Shown piece by piece: positions 18,352 to 28,580 of a stretch of DNA of 64,000 nucleotides. The DNA comes from Peptococcaceae bacterium. Its GTDB lineage: Bacteria; Bacillota; Peptococcia; DRI-13; UBA5745. Positions within the stretch are counted from its first letter, which is position 1, and every line of letters starts with the position of its first letter. Location: positions 9,421-73,420 of the forward strand of contig JAYFQF010000024.1 in NCBI GenBank assembly GCA_034927285.1, read 5' to 3'. Below the pieces are notes generated by a model. The model ran no database searches. It worked only from the letters and a program-made list of their open reading frames with translations, and was not told the DNA's origin. Position numbers and translations under genes: made by a program.

Positions 18352-19875
18352 TTACTGGCGGAATCGTAAACCGGGGCCCCGGAAAAGATATTGTCCGCCA
18401 TGGGCTATTACCAGCCGTCCCTCAGCCGCCGCCAAGCGTCCCCGCAGATAAACCTGACGTGGGCCGCCGATTACCGCCAGTCCTTCGTAAGGGGTGTTAT
18501 CAACGTTATGATTTTGGTTTTCCGCCGTAATTACCTTTCTGATCCTGGTATTCCAGATGACCAGATCCGCGTCGCTGCCCGGAGCCAGCACTCCTTTGCG
18601 GGGATACAGGCCGAAAAGCTTAGCCGGGTTTTCCGCCAAAAGCTTTGCCATCTGCAAGGCGCTGATCCTGCCTTGCATTACCCCATAGGTATAGATCAGC
18701 TCCGGCCGGTGTTCCACGCCGGGGATACCGTTGGGTATCCGGCTGAAGTCCTCCCGGCCCAGAGCCTTTTGGTTCAGGCTGAAGCTGCAGTGATCCGTCC
18801 CTACCGTATCCACTTCCCCCTCGGCCAGCGCCTGCCACAAAGCCTGCCGGTCCTCTTCTTTCCGAAGCGGGGGCGACATAACATACTTGGCCCCTGCAAA
18901 GTCCGGCAGACTGTACCGCTCATCGGTAAACAACAAGTACTGAGGGCAGGTTTCCACATAGACCTCCTGGCCTTCCGCCCTGGCTGCCGCCACCGTCTCC
19001 AGAGCCCGCCGGGTGCTGGTATGGACGATATTTACCGGGCATCCGGCCATTTTGGCAATGGTCAGGTAGCGGTACACCGCTTCCGCTTCCACTTCCGGCG
19101 GCCGGGAAAGAGGATGGCCCTCCGGCCCGGTAATGCCGGCGGCCAGAGTCTGACGCACCAGCACATTAACCAAATCCCCATTTTCACAATGGCAGCCCAG
19201 GATGCCGCCCACCTGTGCGATCTTTTGCAGGATTTCAAAAATCTCAGCATCACTGACCCGCAGGTTATCATAAGCCATATACACTTTAAAAGAGGTCACC
19301 CCGGCGTCGGCCATTTCCTGTACCGCCGCTTCCGCAGCACGGTCCCACCGGCTGATGGCCATATGAAATCCATAGTCGCAATTGGCCCTGCCGCCGGCCA
19401 TGGCATGCCAGTTGGCTAAACCCTGTCCAAGAGTTTCGCCCCGGTTTTGGGTGGCAAAATCCAGGATGGTGGTGGTTCCTCCCAGCAAAGCGGCCTTAGT
19501 GCCGGTATCGAAATCGTCGGGGGAGATCACATAGCCGTTGTTCAGTTGAAAATGGGTGTGGGTATCGATAAAACCGGGGAAGACCAGACAGCCCTCGGCG
19601 TCCACGATCTCCAGACCGGCTGCCGTATCAGCGCCGCCGGCTGCGGCAGTACCGCGGGCAAGACCAGAGCCGCCGGCTGTGGCAGTGCCGTCAGTTTTGG
19701 CAGTGCCGCCGGCAAAACCAGCGCCACCGGCTATGGCAGCCCCGGCGGCGGGAAGTCCGGCCAGCCGGTCGGCAGCTTCTCCTAAAGCAGCGATTTTTTC
19801 TCCCTGGATCAAAAGGCTGCCCTTCACCATTCCTCTTGGTGTTACCAGTGTTCCGCCCTTTATCAGTTTGTCCAT
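18352..19875 (-). CDS. hydA: Dihydropyrimidinase / D-hydantoinase (HyuA/HydA)
   Basis: PGFIDTHTH, SFKVYMAY, HCENG, ETCPQYL, KYVMSPPLR, TDHCSF, IPNGIPGVE; Ala/Gly-rich insertion near the N-terminus. Confidence 0.92.
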   Translation of the reverse strand: MDKLIKGGTLVTPRGMVKGSLLIQGEKIAALGEAADRLAGLPAAGAAIAGGAGFAGGTAKTDGTATAGGSGLARGTAAAGGADTAAGLEIVDAEGCLVFPGFIDTHTHFQLNNGYVISPDDFDTGTKAALLGGTTTILDFATQNRGETLGQGLANWHAMAGGRANCDYGFHMAISRWDRAAEAAVQEMADAGVTSFKVYMAYDNLRVSDAEIFEILQKIAQVGGILGCHCENGDLVNVLVRQTLAAGITGPEGHPLSRPPEVEAEAVYRYLTIAKMAGCPVNIVHTSTRRALETVAAARAEGQEVYVETCPQYLLFTDERYSLPDFAGAKYVMSPPLRKEEDRQALWQALAEGEVDTVGTDHCSFSLNQKALGREDFSRIPNGIPGVEHRPELIYTYGVMQGRISALQMAKLLAENPAKLFGLYPRKGVLAPGSDADLVIWNTRIRKVITAENQNHNVDNTPYEGLAVIGGPRQVYLRGRLAAAEGRLVIAHGGQYLFRGPGLRFRQ

Positions 19876-19959
19876 ACCCTCACCTTCTCATGTGCGGTGA
19901 ACGCAGCTTCGGCCTTTTTGCCTATAATCCGAAACCCCCGGCACCGCGTCTCCCATTTT

Positions 19960-19968
19960 TATTATATC
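19960..19968 (-). promoter_or_regulatory. Extended -10 promoter (TGATATAAT) for hydA-xdh
   Basis: TGn-TATAAT about 85 nt upstream of the hydA ATG; -35 weak. Confidence 0.5.
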
Positions 19969-20845
19969 ATGAATTTTTTGTTCAACGAAACCAGCTCTTT
20001 ACTTCCCGCCAGTCGCACGTCACGCTCTTTCCTTCTGATCATCGCGCCTCGGCTGAAGAAGGTAAGGCTGCTCAGTTATGTTTACCGGGATTTTCCCGTG
20101 TTTTTTCTGCTGATCCCGGTAAATTTTCTCGGCAGTCCTCAAGGAGAGGACACCTCTTTACTTTGCGCTCCCGCAAAAGACGAATTTCCGAAATTCCCAC
20201 TAAAAACTCCGGCCCTATCGCTAAGATTATGACAACACCGGACCTTTGGGAGGATTTTACCGGGATTGGCTTTAAAAACAAAGCGATTTCCCGGTAAACA
20301 TAGGTCATCAGCCTTGATGAGTGAGGAAATAGAGCTTTGCCCTTAATCATAGCAAAACCACCGATTAATTGAACCGCTCTGTCCGGCATACCGGAAAACT
20401 TCTTAGGACTCGCAAGGTGCTTGATCAGTTTTTTATGAGCATTCGATATAAGCATTCAATATAAGCATTCATATGAAAATTTAATATGAGAAATTCGAGG
20501 GATAAAACTATTCGAGGATCAACAGTCTGTTTTTATTTTCCAATCTGTCCAGTTAACTTTTCAATTCGACCACTTAACCTTCCAGTCTGGCCATTTTATT
20601 TCAGCAAATCGAGGATAAAAAAAGAGATTTTTGCTGAAAACATAGCTGTTCATCATCCGCTCATCAGTAGTATCAGTAGTCCATCAGCAGTATCAGCAGT
20701 ATCAGCAGTTCATCGGCTGTGGCTGGTCCGCCTGCCCCCCTTTTAGCCGGGAACATCCCTTTCGGCTAAGGTTTTCCTCCCTGTCAGTCCCACGGCACGC
20801 CACAAGGGATAAATAATGGTGAAATCCGCGTGGCCCCATTATCCT

Positions 20846-23800
20846 TTATTGAAAAAGATAATCGTAGTCCGATAAAAGCGCAGCCAGCAGGGGAGAAAAG
20901 CCGCCGGGCAGGTTCTTTATCTCCTCATCCGCCGCCCCGATACCCGGCTCTGTCTCCGCCCCGGCGTTCAGCTCTGCTTCCTGAAGGCGCCACTTGAAGA
21001 CCCGCCCTCCCAGGCGCACTAGGAAGTCGCCCCGGTCCTTGTCCGTCAATAAAAATCCCTGGTTTTCACTGTTTTCAAAGTCCTCCTGGCTGCCGAAGAG
21101 CGTCAGCTTATCTCTGTAGGGAGCGCTGTCATAGGGACAGAAGGCAGCACAGTTGCCGCATTCGTTACACATGCCGTCAATATGGACAATCTGGACAGCC
21201 CGGCCTTCCACATCCACCGCTACATTTGCCCGGTTGGGACACACCTGGACGCAGCTTTCGCAGAACGTACCGCAGTCGAGGCAGCGCTGGCCTTCATTTT
21301 CCGCCCCGGCGGCGGTGCGGAGTGTCCCCCTCTTGGCCGCTGCGACAGCAGGTCCTTGGCTATAGCCGGGCCCGGGTTCGCGACGGTCAAGGCCCAGGGC
21401 TGCCAAAATTGCCTTGGCAGCCCTGGCGCTGTCGGCTATAGCTTCCACTACCGTGGCAGGCCCTTTGCGTCCGTCTCCCACCACATAGATCCTGCCGCTG
21501 AATTTTCTTTCTCCTTCCGGAGTTTTATCAGCTTTTTCCGCCGCTGCCACAGAAGCACAGCATGATCCGGCAAAGGGCTCGCCAGCCTGTTCGCCAGACA
21601 GTGACTCACTTTCGTTGGTCTTACCGTCAACAGGTGTTTTGCCGTTTTCTTTACCGGCTATACACTCCCCGCCGGTATCGGTAAATACCGCCGCCAGCGA
21701 ATCCTCAGCCAGGACAGGCCGGCCCTGGTCGTCTGTCTTTAAACCGAAGACTTCATAGAAATGCCCGTCTGTCCTTTCGCCTACGGCGCTGATCAGGCTG
21801 TGGCAGGGCACCCGTAAAATGTCTGCCGTAGGCTCCGGCCGCCGGCGGCCGTCAGTCCCCGGGGCGCCAAGAACCATTTTGCGGCAGGTCAGGATTCCGT
21901 CCTTTAAGGATTCCGGCGTCAACAGTTCCAGAAATTCCACGCCGTCTTCTTCGGCCAGGCGCAGTTCCTCCCCGTCGGCCGGCATATAGCGGCGGGTGCG
22001 CCGGTAAACTAAAGACGCCGTCTCCACCCCCGGCCAGCGCTTAGCCGCCCGGGCGGCGTCCATGGCGGTATTGCCGCCGCCGGTCACCACCACGTGCCGG
22101 CCCAGGCTCAGGGCCGGATCATCGGCCTTGAACCTTTGCAGGAACTCCAAAACATTCAGAGCCTTTCCTTCCTTCAATTCCAGATGTCCCGGCTGCCAGG
22201 CGCCTACGGCCAGGATCACATGGGTAAAGCCTGCCGCCGCCAGCTCAGCCGCCGATTTCACTTGGCAGCCTGTACGGATTTCTGCGCCCAGGGCCGTCAG
22301 CAAAGCCACATCCTTGTCGATGGCGTCGTCGCTGATGCGAAACTCCGGAATGACCTGGCGGACAATGCCCCCCAGCTGCCGGGCCTTTTCAAAAACAGTC
22401 ACCGGCACGCCCTGCCGGGCCAGGAAATACGCTGCCGCCATACCGGCAGGCCCGCCGCCCACTACGGCTGCCCGGGCAAGGGTTCTTACCTCAACACCCT
22501 TTTTCACCGGCAGCTCGCCCTGGATCCGGCCGCCGACCTCTTTAACGACCTTCTCCCCGGCTTCTTCAGCGGCTTTTTCCCGTGTCTCCTCAGCAGCCTT
22601 ACTCTCGCCCTCTTCGGCAGCCTCTCCCGGGACTCTGCCGCCGGCTCCTTCAGCGGCCTTTTCCCGAGCCTCTTCGGCAGCCTTTCCCAGGTATCTCTCT
22701 TCCGGCACGTCTTCCGCTTTTCCTTCCTGTTCCCGTAACTCCGTCAACAGCTGCTCAAAGGCTTTTTCCGCCGCCAAAAGCTTGGTATCCCGGATCCTCA
22801 CCGGTTCCTCGTAAAAATTCCGGGTACATTTCTCCATACAGCGGTGATTGCAGATGGTGCCGGTGATAAAAGGCAGCGGATTCTTCTCCGTAATCACCTT
22901 CAGAGCTTCCAGATAGCGCCCTTCTCCGGCCAAAGCCACGTAAGAGGGGATATCCTGATGAATGGGGCAGCCTTTCTGACAGGGGTTGGTAAAGCAATCG
23001 AACAACGGCACCTTTTCCGCCAGCTTGCGGGAGGGCAGGGGTTTAACGCTTTTACGGCTTCCGGGCGCGTCCTTCAGCCCGGCGGCAATACGGTCCAAAG
23101 CCGCCAGGTCCACGCCCTCAAACTCCCGGTAAGGATATTCAGCCAGCCTTTCGGCGATCTGGGTCAGCCGTTGGTAACCGCCGGGCTTCAGCAAGGTGGT
23201 GGCCAGGGTAATGGGCCAGATGCCGGCGGCAAAAAGCGCGCCGATATTAAAATAATCGGCGCCGCCGGAATAGGAGATGCGCAAAGCCCCCCCAAACTCC
23301 CGGGAGAGTTTCCTGGCCAAAGACACCGTCAGAGGATAAAGGGCCCGGCCGGACATATACATTTCCTCTCCCGGCAAAACCCCTTCCCGGTTATCTACGG
23401 GGCAGGTATTGGTCAGCTTCAGGCCGAAGGAAAGGCCCCTGACCCGCGCCTTATCCAAAAGGCGTTTAACCATCGGCACCGCATCTTCGTACTGCAGATC
23501 CCCCTTGAAATGGTGGTCGTCAAACTCCACGCAGTCAAAGCCCAGCTCATCCAGGGTCTGCCGGACATCATCATAACCCAGCATAGTAGGGTTGCATTTG
23601 ACAAACGTATTCAGTCCCTTTTCCTCCAGGAGGTAAGCGGCGATACGCTCGATCTCCTGGGGCGGACAGCCATGGAGGGTGGACAAAGTGATGGAATTGC
23701 ATATCCTGGGGGAAATGCCCTCCACATAAGCCTGGTCCACATGGGCAAAGCGGTCCGTATTTTCCAGGGCCCACCGGCGGCACTCCTGCCAGACCGGGGT

Positions 23801-24325
23801 TTGGGAGGCGTCCTTCAGGCCTTCGATAAAATTGTCGATCTTAGGCGATTTGATCCCTTCCAGATCATAACCTACGCTCATATTAAAGATGAAGCCGTCT
23901 TCCCGGCCCAGCCGAAATTCCCGGCTGATCAGCTTGATGGCATACCAGGCCCGGACATATTCCTCTAAAGCCTGAGACACCCGAAGTTCCGTAGACCATT
24001 CGCAGTTATAGCATTCGTCCCGGGCGTCGATACAGGGTTTGGCCACCGGCAGGTCCCGGCCGTCCAGGGTCTGCACCGTCTTTAGTTCGAAGAAACGGCT
24101 GCCGGCGTAATAGGCCGCGACGATGTTCTGGGAAAGCTGGGTGTGGGGGCCTGCCGCGGGTCCAAAAGGAGTTTCCAGCTTTTCCCCGAAAAGGGACAGC
24201 AGCTTGCCGTCGGCGACTTTTTGAAAAGGCCTGGCCACGCCGAAAATCGCGCCTTTTTGCCTATGCTCGGTTAAAATCCAATTCATCAGGGTTCCAAAAG
24301 GAAGGGGCCGCATGACGTCGCTCAT
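20846..24325 (-). CDS. ygfK: YgfK (putative selenate reductase subunit; DHODH-like + GltD-like FAD/NADPH + 4Fe-4S)
   Basis: MSDVMRP, GPAAGPHTQLSQN, YNCEWSTEL, CPIHQDIP, VVGGGPAG, GGGNTAMD, CLDC..CESCVQVCPNRAN. Confidence 0.93.
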   Translation of the reverse strand: MSDVMRPLPFGTLMNWILTEHRQKGAIFGVARPFQKVADGKLLSLFGEKLETPFGPAAGPHTQLSQNIVAAYYAGSRFFELKTVQTLDGRDLPVAKPCIDARDECYNCEWSTELRVSQALEEYVRAWYAIKLISREFRLGREDGFIFNMSVGYDLEGIKSPKIDNFIEGLKDASQTPVWQECRRWALENTDRFAHVDQAYVEGISPRICNSITLSTLHGCPPQEIERIAAYLLEEKGLNTFVKCNPTMLGYDDVRQTLDELGFDCVEFDDHHFKGDLQYEDAVPMVKRLLDKARVRGLSFGLKLTNTCPVDNREGVLPGEEMYMSGRALYPLTVSLARKLSREFGGALRISYSGGADYFNIGALFAAGIWPITLATTLLKPGGYQRLTQIAERLAEYPYREFEGVDLAALDRIAAGLKDAPGSRKSVKPLPSRKLAEKVPLFDCFTNPCQKGCPIHQDIPSYVALAGEGRYLEALKVITEKNPLPFITGTICNHRCMEKCTRNFYEEPVRIRDTKLLAAEKAFEQLLTELREQEGKAEDVPEERYLGKAAEEAREKAAEGAGGRVPGEAAEEGESKAAEETREKAAEEAGEKVVKEVGGRIQGELPVKKGVEVRTLARAAVVGGGPAGMAAAYFLARQGVPVTVFEKARQLGGIVRQVIPEFRISDDAIDKDVALLTALGAEIRTGCQVKSAAELAAAGFTHVILAVGAWQPGHLELKEGKALNVLEFLQRFKADDPALSLGRHVVVTGGGNTAMDAARAAKRWPGVETASLVYRRTRRYMPADGEELRLAEEDGVEFLELLTPESLKDGILTCRKMVLGAPGTDGRRRPEPTADILRVPCHSLISAVGERTDGHFYEVFGLKTDDQGRPVLAEDSLAAVFTDTGGECIAGKENGKTPVDGKTNESESLSGEQAGEPFAGSCCASVAAAEKADKTPEGERKFSGRIYVVGDGRKGPATVVEAIADSARAAKAILAALGLDRREPGPGYSQGPAVAAAKRGTLRTAAGAENEGQRCLDCGTFCESCVQVCPNRANVAVDVEGRAVQIVHIDGMCNECGNCAAFCPYDSAPYRDKLTLFGSQEDFENSENQGFLLTDKDRGDFLVRLGGRVFKWRLQEAELNAGAETEPGIGAADEEIKNLPGGFSPLLAALLSDYDYLFQ

Positions 24326-24326
24326 C

Positions 24327-25664
24327 TTAACACCCTCCGTTGATCCGCCGCCAGAGAGCCGCGGCGGCCTTTCTCGATTCTTTCATGATCTCTTTTTCAT
24401 CCACTCCCAAAATCACCCGGTTTTCCATCAGCACCCGGCCGTCGATGACGGTGGCGGTGACGGACAAACCGTTCATTCCAAAAAGGATATGGCCGTTGGC
24501 GTTTGACGCGTCCATGGGGGTCAGGGGATCGTATTCACAGACGATGACATCCCCTGCGGCCCCTTCCTTCAGTACGCCCAGAGGCTTCTGGAAATAGCGG
24601 TTGGCAATTTTGGCATTGTTTTCAAACAACATCACCGGCACCTCGTTCCAGGCCACGGTGGGATCGCCCAGGTTGTGCTTGTGCAGGATGTTGGCTACCT
24701 TATAGGATTCCAGCATATCGTTGGTATACCCGTCGGTGCCCAGCCCCAAAAGGATGCCTTCACCAAATATCTGCAGCATGGGTTCGCAGCCGATGGCGTT
24801 GCCCATATTGGATTCGGGATTATGGACTACCATGGTGCCGGTATCCCGGAGAAGCCCCATTTCTTCCTTGTTTATATGGACGCAGTGTACGGCAATGGTC
24901 CTGGGCCCCAGGATATCCAGGTCATAAAGGCGGTTTATCACCCTTTTGCCGTATTTGGCCAAAGAATCCTGAACATCGGACAACCCCTCCGCCACATGGA
25001 TGTGATAGCCGGCCTCACCCCGGTGCCGGGCACAGTAATTCAAGGTGGCGTCCGACAATGTAAAGGAGGCGTGAAGCCCCATCATGCCGTACTGCATATC
25101 GGTGCCTTCGGCGGCGCAGGCCTGGATAAAGGCCCGATTCTCCTGCACGGCCTCTTCCATCTTGGCGGCGCCGTCCCGGTCGGAGACCTCATAGCAAAGG
25201 CAGGTCCGCACGCCCAGCTCCCGGGCGACTTTGGCGATTTCAAAAAGGCTGCCGGAAATCTGGCCGTAACTGGCATGATGGTCAAAAACGGTGGTGACCC
25301 CGCAGCGGATACAGTTCAGATAGGTGGCGTAGGCGCTGTAACGGTCATCCTCCAGGGTCAGCAGCCGGTCCAGTTTCCACCACTGGCCTTCCAAAATATC
25401 GTTGAAGCTTTTCGGGTTATACCCCCTGATGGAAAGGCCCCGGGCAAAGGCACTGTAAATATGGTTATGGGTATTGATCAGGCCGGGCATGATCACGCCG
25501 CCGCCGGCGTCCACGAAGCGGGCCTGGGGATACCGGGACCGCAGCCGGGCCGTGTCGCCCACCTGCCGGATCAACCCTTCCTCGATATACAGGCAGCCGT
25601 CCTCCAAAAATGGGTTTTCCTTATCCCTGGTGATCATTCTGCCGTTTCCTATCAAAATACTCAT
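24327..25664 (-). CDS. ssnA: Amidohydrolase SsnA
   Basis: PGLINTHNHIYS, GLHASFT, HIHVAEG, VHNPESNMGN, GTDG; immediately upstream of ygfK. Confidence 0.92.
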   Translation of the reverse strand: MSILIGNGRMITRDKENPFLEDGCLYIEEGLIRQVGDTARLRSRYPQARFVDAGGGVIMPGLINTHNHIYSAFARGLSIRGYNPKSFNDILEGQWWKLDRLLTLEDDRYSAYATYLNCIRCGVTTVFDHHASYGQISGSLFEIAKVARELGVRTCLCYEVSDRDGAAKMEEAVQENRAFIQACAAEGTDMQYGMMGLHASFTLSDATLNYCARHRGEAGYHIHVAEGLSDVQDSLAKYGKRVINRLYDLDILGPRTIAVHCVHINKEEMGLLRDTGTMVVHNPESNMGNAIGCEPMLQIFGEGILLGLGTDGYTNDMLESYKVANILHKHNLGDPTVAWNEVPVMLFENNAKIANRYFQKPLGVLKEGAAGDVIVCEYDPLTPMDASNANGHILFGMNGLSVTATVIDGRVLMENRVILGVDEKEIMKESRKAAAALWRRINGGC

Positions 25665-25789
25665 TTCCCATACCCTCCCGTTTTCAATTTTCCGATTTTT
25701 TACTGTGCCGGTTAATGCGCCGGATTCCCCCCGGGCCCCTTCTGCCGGTAATCCTTTACGGCAGCAGAAGCCGCTCCTATGCCCTGGTT

Positions 25790-25860
25790 CTAACGGGGCC
25801 CACTACGGTCCTAACGAGACCCACTACAGTCCTAACGCGGGCCTAACGCGCTCCTAACGC
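25790..25860. repeat. Degenerate tandem repeats (CTAACG-containing 21- and 11-bp units) in ssnA leader
   Basis: ctaacggggcccactacggtc / ctaacgagacccactacagtc / ctaacgcgggc / ctaacgcgctc / ctaacg. Confidence 0.7.
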
Positions 25861-25873
25861 CGATCTCTTCCGA

Positions 25874-25924
25874 TAACAAAAATGAGCGCCTCCCCTTCCG
25901 GACCCGGAGAGGGAAAACACTCAT
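25874..25924 (-). terminator. Intrinsic terminator inside the ssnA-ygfK leader (attenuator candidate)
   Basis: Minus-strand hairpin ATGAGTG...CGCTCAT followed by TTTTGTT, between the promoter and ssnA. Confidence 0.6.
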
Positions 25925-26033
25925 ACACGAATCCGCCCAAAAGCCGGAACTCGCATGAGTGATAGGCAGCCCGTGCGCGAAGCACTTCCTTGCAGCTATC
26001 ATTCTCTATGCATTTCATCAATTTTCTGAACTT

Positions 26034-26062
26034 ATCATAACAAATTCCTTCATTGAATGCAA
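26034..26062 (-). promoter_or_regulatory. sigma70-type promoter for ssnA-ygfK
   Basis: TTGCAT-N17-TATGAT with TG extension; about 360 nt upstream of ssnA. Confidence 0.7.
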
Positions 26063-26257
26063 TATTGAATGCATACCACCATTATTTTTTTTAGATCAGA
26101 AAAAATTTTTTCAGGAAGCGCCTTGTATTCCCCGGGGAATGTGTTATAGTGAGGGTGCAAAGAGTCTGAAAAATCCAAAACCGGCATAGGCTTCGTTACT
26201 CAGCTTCCTTAAGTAAGAGGCTAAAAAAGGGAGAAAGAGGCCAAAAAAGGGAGAAAT

Positions 26258-26932
26258 ATGAAAGAGCTGAACAACTTCACTTTAGATCTGCTGAGCCGGC
26301 TGGCCAAAGGCCTGGCCATACAATTTGGCCCCGACTGCGAAGTGCTGGTCCACGACCTGACGGCGCAAAACATGGATAGCACCATCATGGCTATCGAAAA
26401 CGGCCACGTAACCAACCGCAAGCTGGGGGACGGCCCCTCCCACATCGTCCTGGAGGCCCTGAAGGAGGATCCGGCCCGGCTGGAGGATCAGCTGGGGTAT
26501 CTTTCCCGGACTCACGACGGCCGTATTCTGCGTTCCAGCACCATCTATATCCGGGACGAACAGGGCAAAGCGGTAGGTATCCTGTCCATTAATTACGATA
26601 TCACCCATCTGATGATGGCGGAAAAAGCCCTTCAATCCCTGATTGGTTCCCTGCCGGGAACAGAGGCCAAAGAGCCGGAATGGATCCCCCAAAATGTCAA
26701 TGAGCTTTTGGATGAACTGATCAATCAGTCCGTGAACCTGGCAGGAAAGCCGGTGGCTTTGATGACCAAGGAAGATAAGATCCAGGCCATCCGGTTTCTG
26801 AATAAATCCGGCGCCTTTCTGATCACCAAGTCCGGCGACAAGATCGCCAGGCACTTTAACATCTCCAAATACACGCTCTACAGCTACATTGACGCCGCCC
26901 AGGAGGCGGAACAGCAACCATCCAAGCCATGA
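26258..26932 (+). CDS. YheO/DauR-like regulator (PAS + HTH)
   Basis: FGPDCEVLVHDL, IMAIENGHVTNRKLG, LRSSTIYIR, GILSINYD, LNKSGAFLITKSGDKIA..FNISKYTLYSY. Confidence 0.88.
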   Translation: MKELNNFTLDLLSRLAKGLAIQFGPDCEVLVHDLTAQNMDSTIMAIENGHVTNRKLGDGPSHIVLEALKEDPARLEDQLGYLSRTHDGRILRSSTIYIRDEQGKAVGILSINYDITHLMMAEKALQSLIGSLPGTEAKEPEWIPQNVNELLDELINQSVNLAGKPVALMTKEDKIQAIRFLNKSGAFLITKSGDKIARHFNISKYTLYSYIDAAQEAEQQPSKP

Positions 26933-27088
26933 AGCTTGGCCATAAACCTCAGGCCGGCAAACCAGGCCATAAATCCCAGGCCGGAAACCACCCCATTGCT
27001 AAAAAGGCCCGCGCTTTTTGGGCCCTACAGCAAAAATTGGGGAAACACAGCAATAAATACAGCAAAAAGAAAAACGGAGGAATGGAAG

Positions 27089-28405
27089 ATGGAATTTGCA
27101 AAGATCAAAGCGGCGGCGGAAAATTATGAAGCTCAGATGACCAGATTTTTAAGGGAGCTGGTGGCTATCCCCGGCGAAAGCTCCGGCGAAGAGGGCCATG
27201 CCCGCCGGATCGAACAGGAGATGAAGGATTTAGGCTTTGATCGGGTGGAAGTGGACGGACAGGGCAATGTCCTGGGATACATGGGCAGCGGCAAGACTCT
27301 GATCGCCTTTGACGGCCATATTGATACCGTGGGCCTGGGGGAGCTGTCCAACTGGAGCTTTGATCCCTACAAAGGCTATGAAAACGACCGGGAAATCGGC
27401 GGACGGGGCACTTCGGATCAGCTGGGCGGCGTGGTCTCGGCGGTCTACGGCGCCAAGATCATGAAAGACCTGGGCCTCCTGAATGAAAAGTACACCGTTT
27501 TGGTTACCGGCACCGTGCAGGAGGAAGACTGCGACGGCCTCTGCTGGCAGTACATCGTCAATCAGGGCAAGATCCGGCCGGAATTCGTGGTTTCCACCGA
27601 ACCCACCGACGGCGGCATCTACCGGGGCCACCGGGGCCGTATGGAGATCCGGGTTGACGTCAAAGGGATCTCCTGCCATGGTTCGGCGCCGGAACGGGGA
27701 GACAACGCTATCTATAAAATGGCCGATATCCTGCGGGACGTCCGTTCCCTCAATGAAAACGACGCCGCCGATACCACGGAAATCAAGGGCCTGGTAAAGA
27801 TGCTGGAAGAAAAGTACAATCCCCAATGGAAGGAAGCCGGCTTTTTAGGCCGGGGCACGATCACCGTCTCCGAGATCTTTTTCTCCTCCCCTTCCCGCTG
27901 CGCCGTGGCCGACGGCTGCTCCGTCTCCCTGGACCGCCGCATGACCGCCGGCGAGACCTGGGAAAGCTGCCTGGAGGAAATCCGCTCCCTGCCGGCGGTA
28001 AAAAAGTACGGCGGCGACGTCAAGGTAAGCATGTACAGCTATGAGCGCCCCTCCTGGACCGGCTGCGTCTATCCCACGGAATGCTTTTTCCCTACCTGGG
28101 TGATTTCCGAGGATCATCGGGTGACCCGCTCCCTGCTGGCCGCATATAAAGGACTCTACGGCGATGCCCGTACCGGCGCTCCCGAAACCCTGGCCATGCG
28201 CGCCGCCCGCCCCCTGGTGGATAAATGGACCTTCTCCACCAACGGCGTGGCCATTATGGGCCGCTCCGGCATTCCCTGCATCGGTTTCGGCCCCGGCGCC
28301 GAGGCCCAGGCCCACGCCCCTAACGAAAAGACCTGGAAGGAAGACCTGGTGCGCTGCGCCGCCGTCTATGCCGCCCTGCCCTCCATTTATTGCGAGGAAA
28401 AATAA
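27089..28405 (+). CDS. ygeY: YgeY family M20 hydrolase (selenium metabolism-linked)
   Basis: Start moved to ATG 27089 (GGAGG-N8); [43 protein letters not shown]. Confidence 0.92.
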   Translation: MEFAKIKAAAENYEAQMTRFLRELVAIPGESSGEEGHARRIEQEMKDLGFDRVEVDGQGNVLGYMGSGKTLIAFDGHIDTVGLGELSNWSFDPYKGYENDREIGGRGTSDQLGGVVSAVYGAKIMKDLGLLNEKYTVLVTGTVQEEDCDGLCWQYIVNQGKIRPEFVVSTEPTDGGIYRGHRGRMEIRVDVKGISCHGSAPERGDNAIYKMADILRDVRSLNENDAADTTEIKGLVKMLEEKYNPQWKEAGFLGRGTITVSEIFFSSPSRCAVADGCSVSLDRRMTAGETWESCLEEIRSLPAVKKYGGDVKVSMYSYERPSWTGCVYPTECFFPTWVISEDHRVTRSLLAAYKGLYGDARTGAPETLAMRAARPLVDKWTFSTNGVAIMGRSGIPCIGFGPGAEAQAHAPNEKTWKEDLVRCAAVYAALPSIYCEEK

Positions 28406-28410
28406 AAAAG

Positions 28411-28575
28411 CTGCCGCAAAGGAATGAAAGACCGCGGCAGAGCGAAGGAATAAGAAACTTTGGCAGGAAGGAATAAGAGAATGCGGCACAGCAAAGAGAT
28501 AAGGAGCTTCGGTACGGCAAAGGAATAAAAAACGACAGGGAAAGCGATGCTAAAATACACTACAGCAAAGGAGTC
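28411..28575 (+). repeat. Degenerate ~25-bp repeats with GC(A)AAGGAATAAG core between ygeY and ygeW
   Basis: AAGGAAT at about 28419, 28445, 28468 and 28520, plus variants at 28491 and 28565. Confidence 0.55.
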
Positions 28576-28580
28576 CTCTA

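Noticed and set aside
20072-20455. 127-aa ORF in the ~970-bp ygfK-hydA spacer (a possible place for a lost ygeX)
   Set aside because: No RBS, the start lies in a tandem repeat, and no recognisable motif or PLP-enzyme remnant was found in the frames I read.
20650-20710. ATCAGCAGT 9-bp array and other short arrays (25790-25860, 41960-42080) as possible CRISPR
   Set aside because: Units are contiguous, short and degenerate, with no unique spacers and no cas genes.
25983-25994. ANTAR-like hexaloop (GC-AAGGAA-GT) in the ssnA leader
   Set aside because: No second hairpin overlapping the terminator at suitable spacing, and no ANTAR protein in the window.
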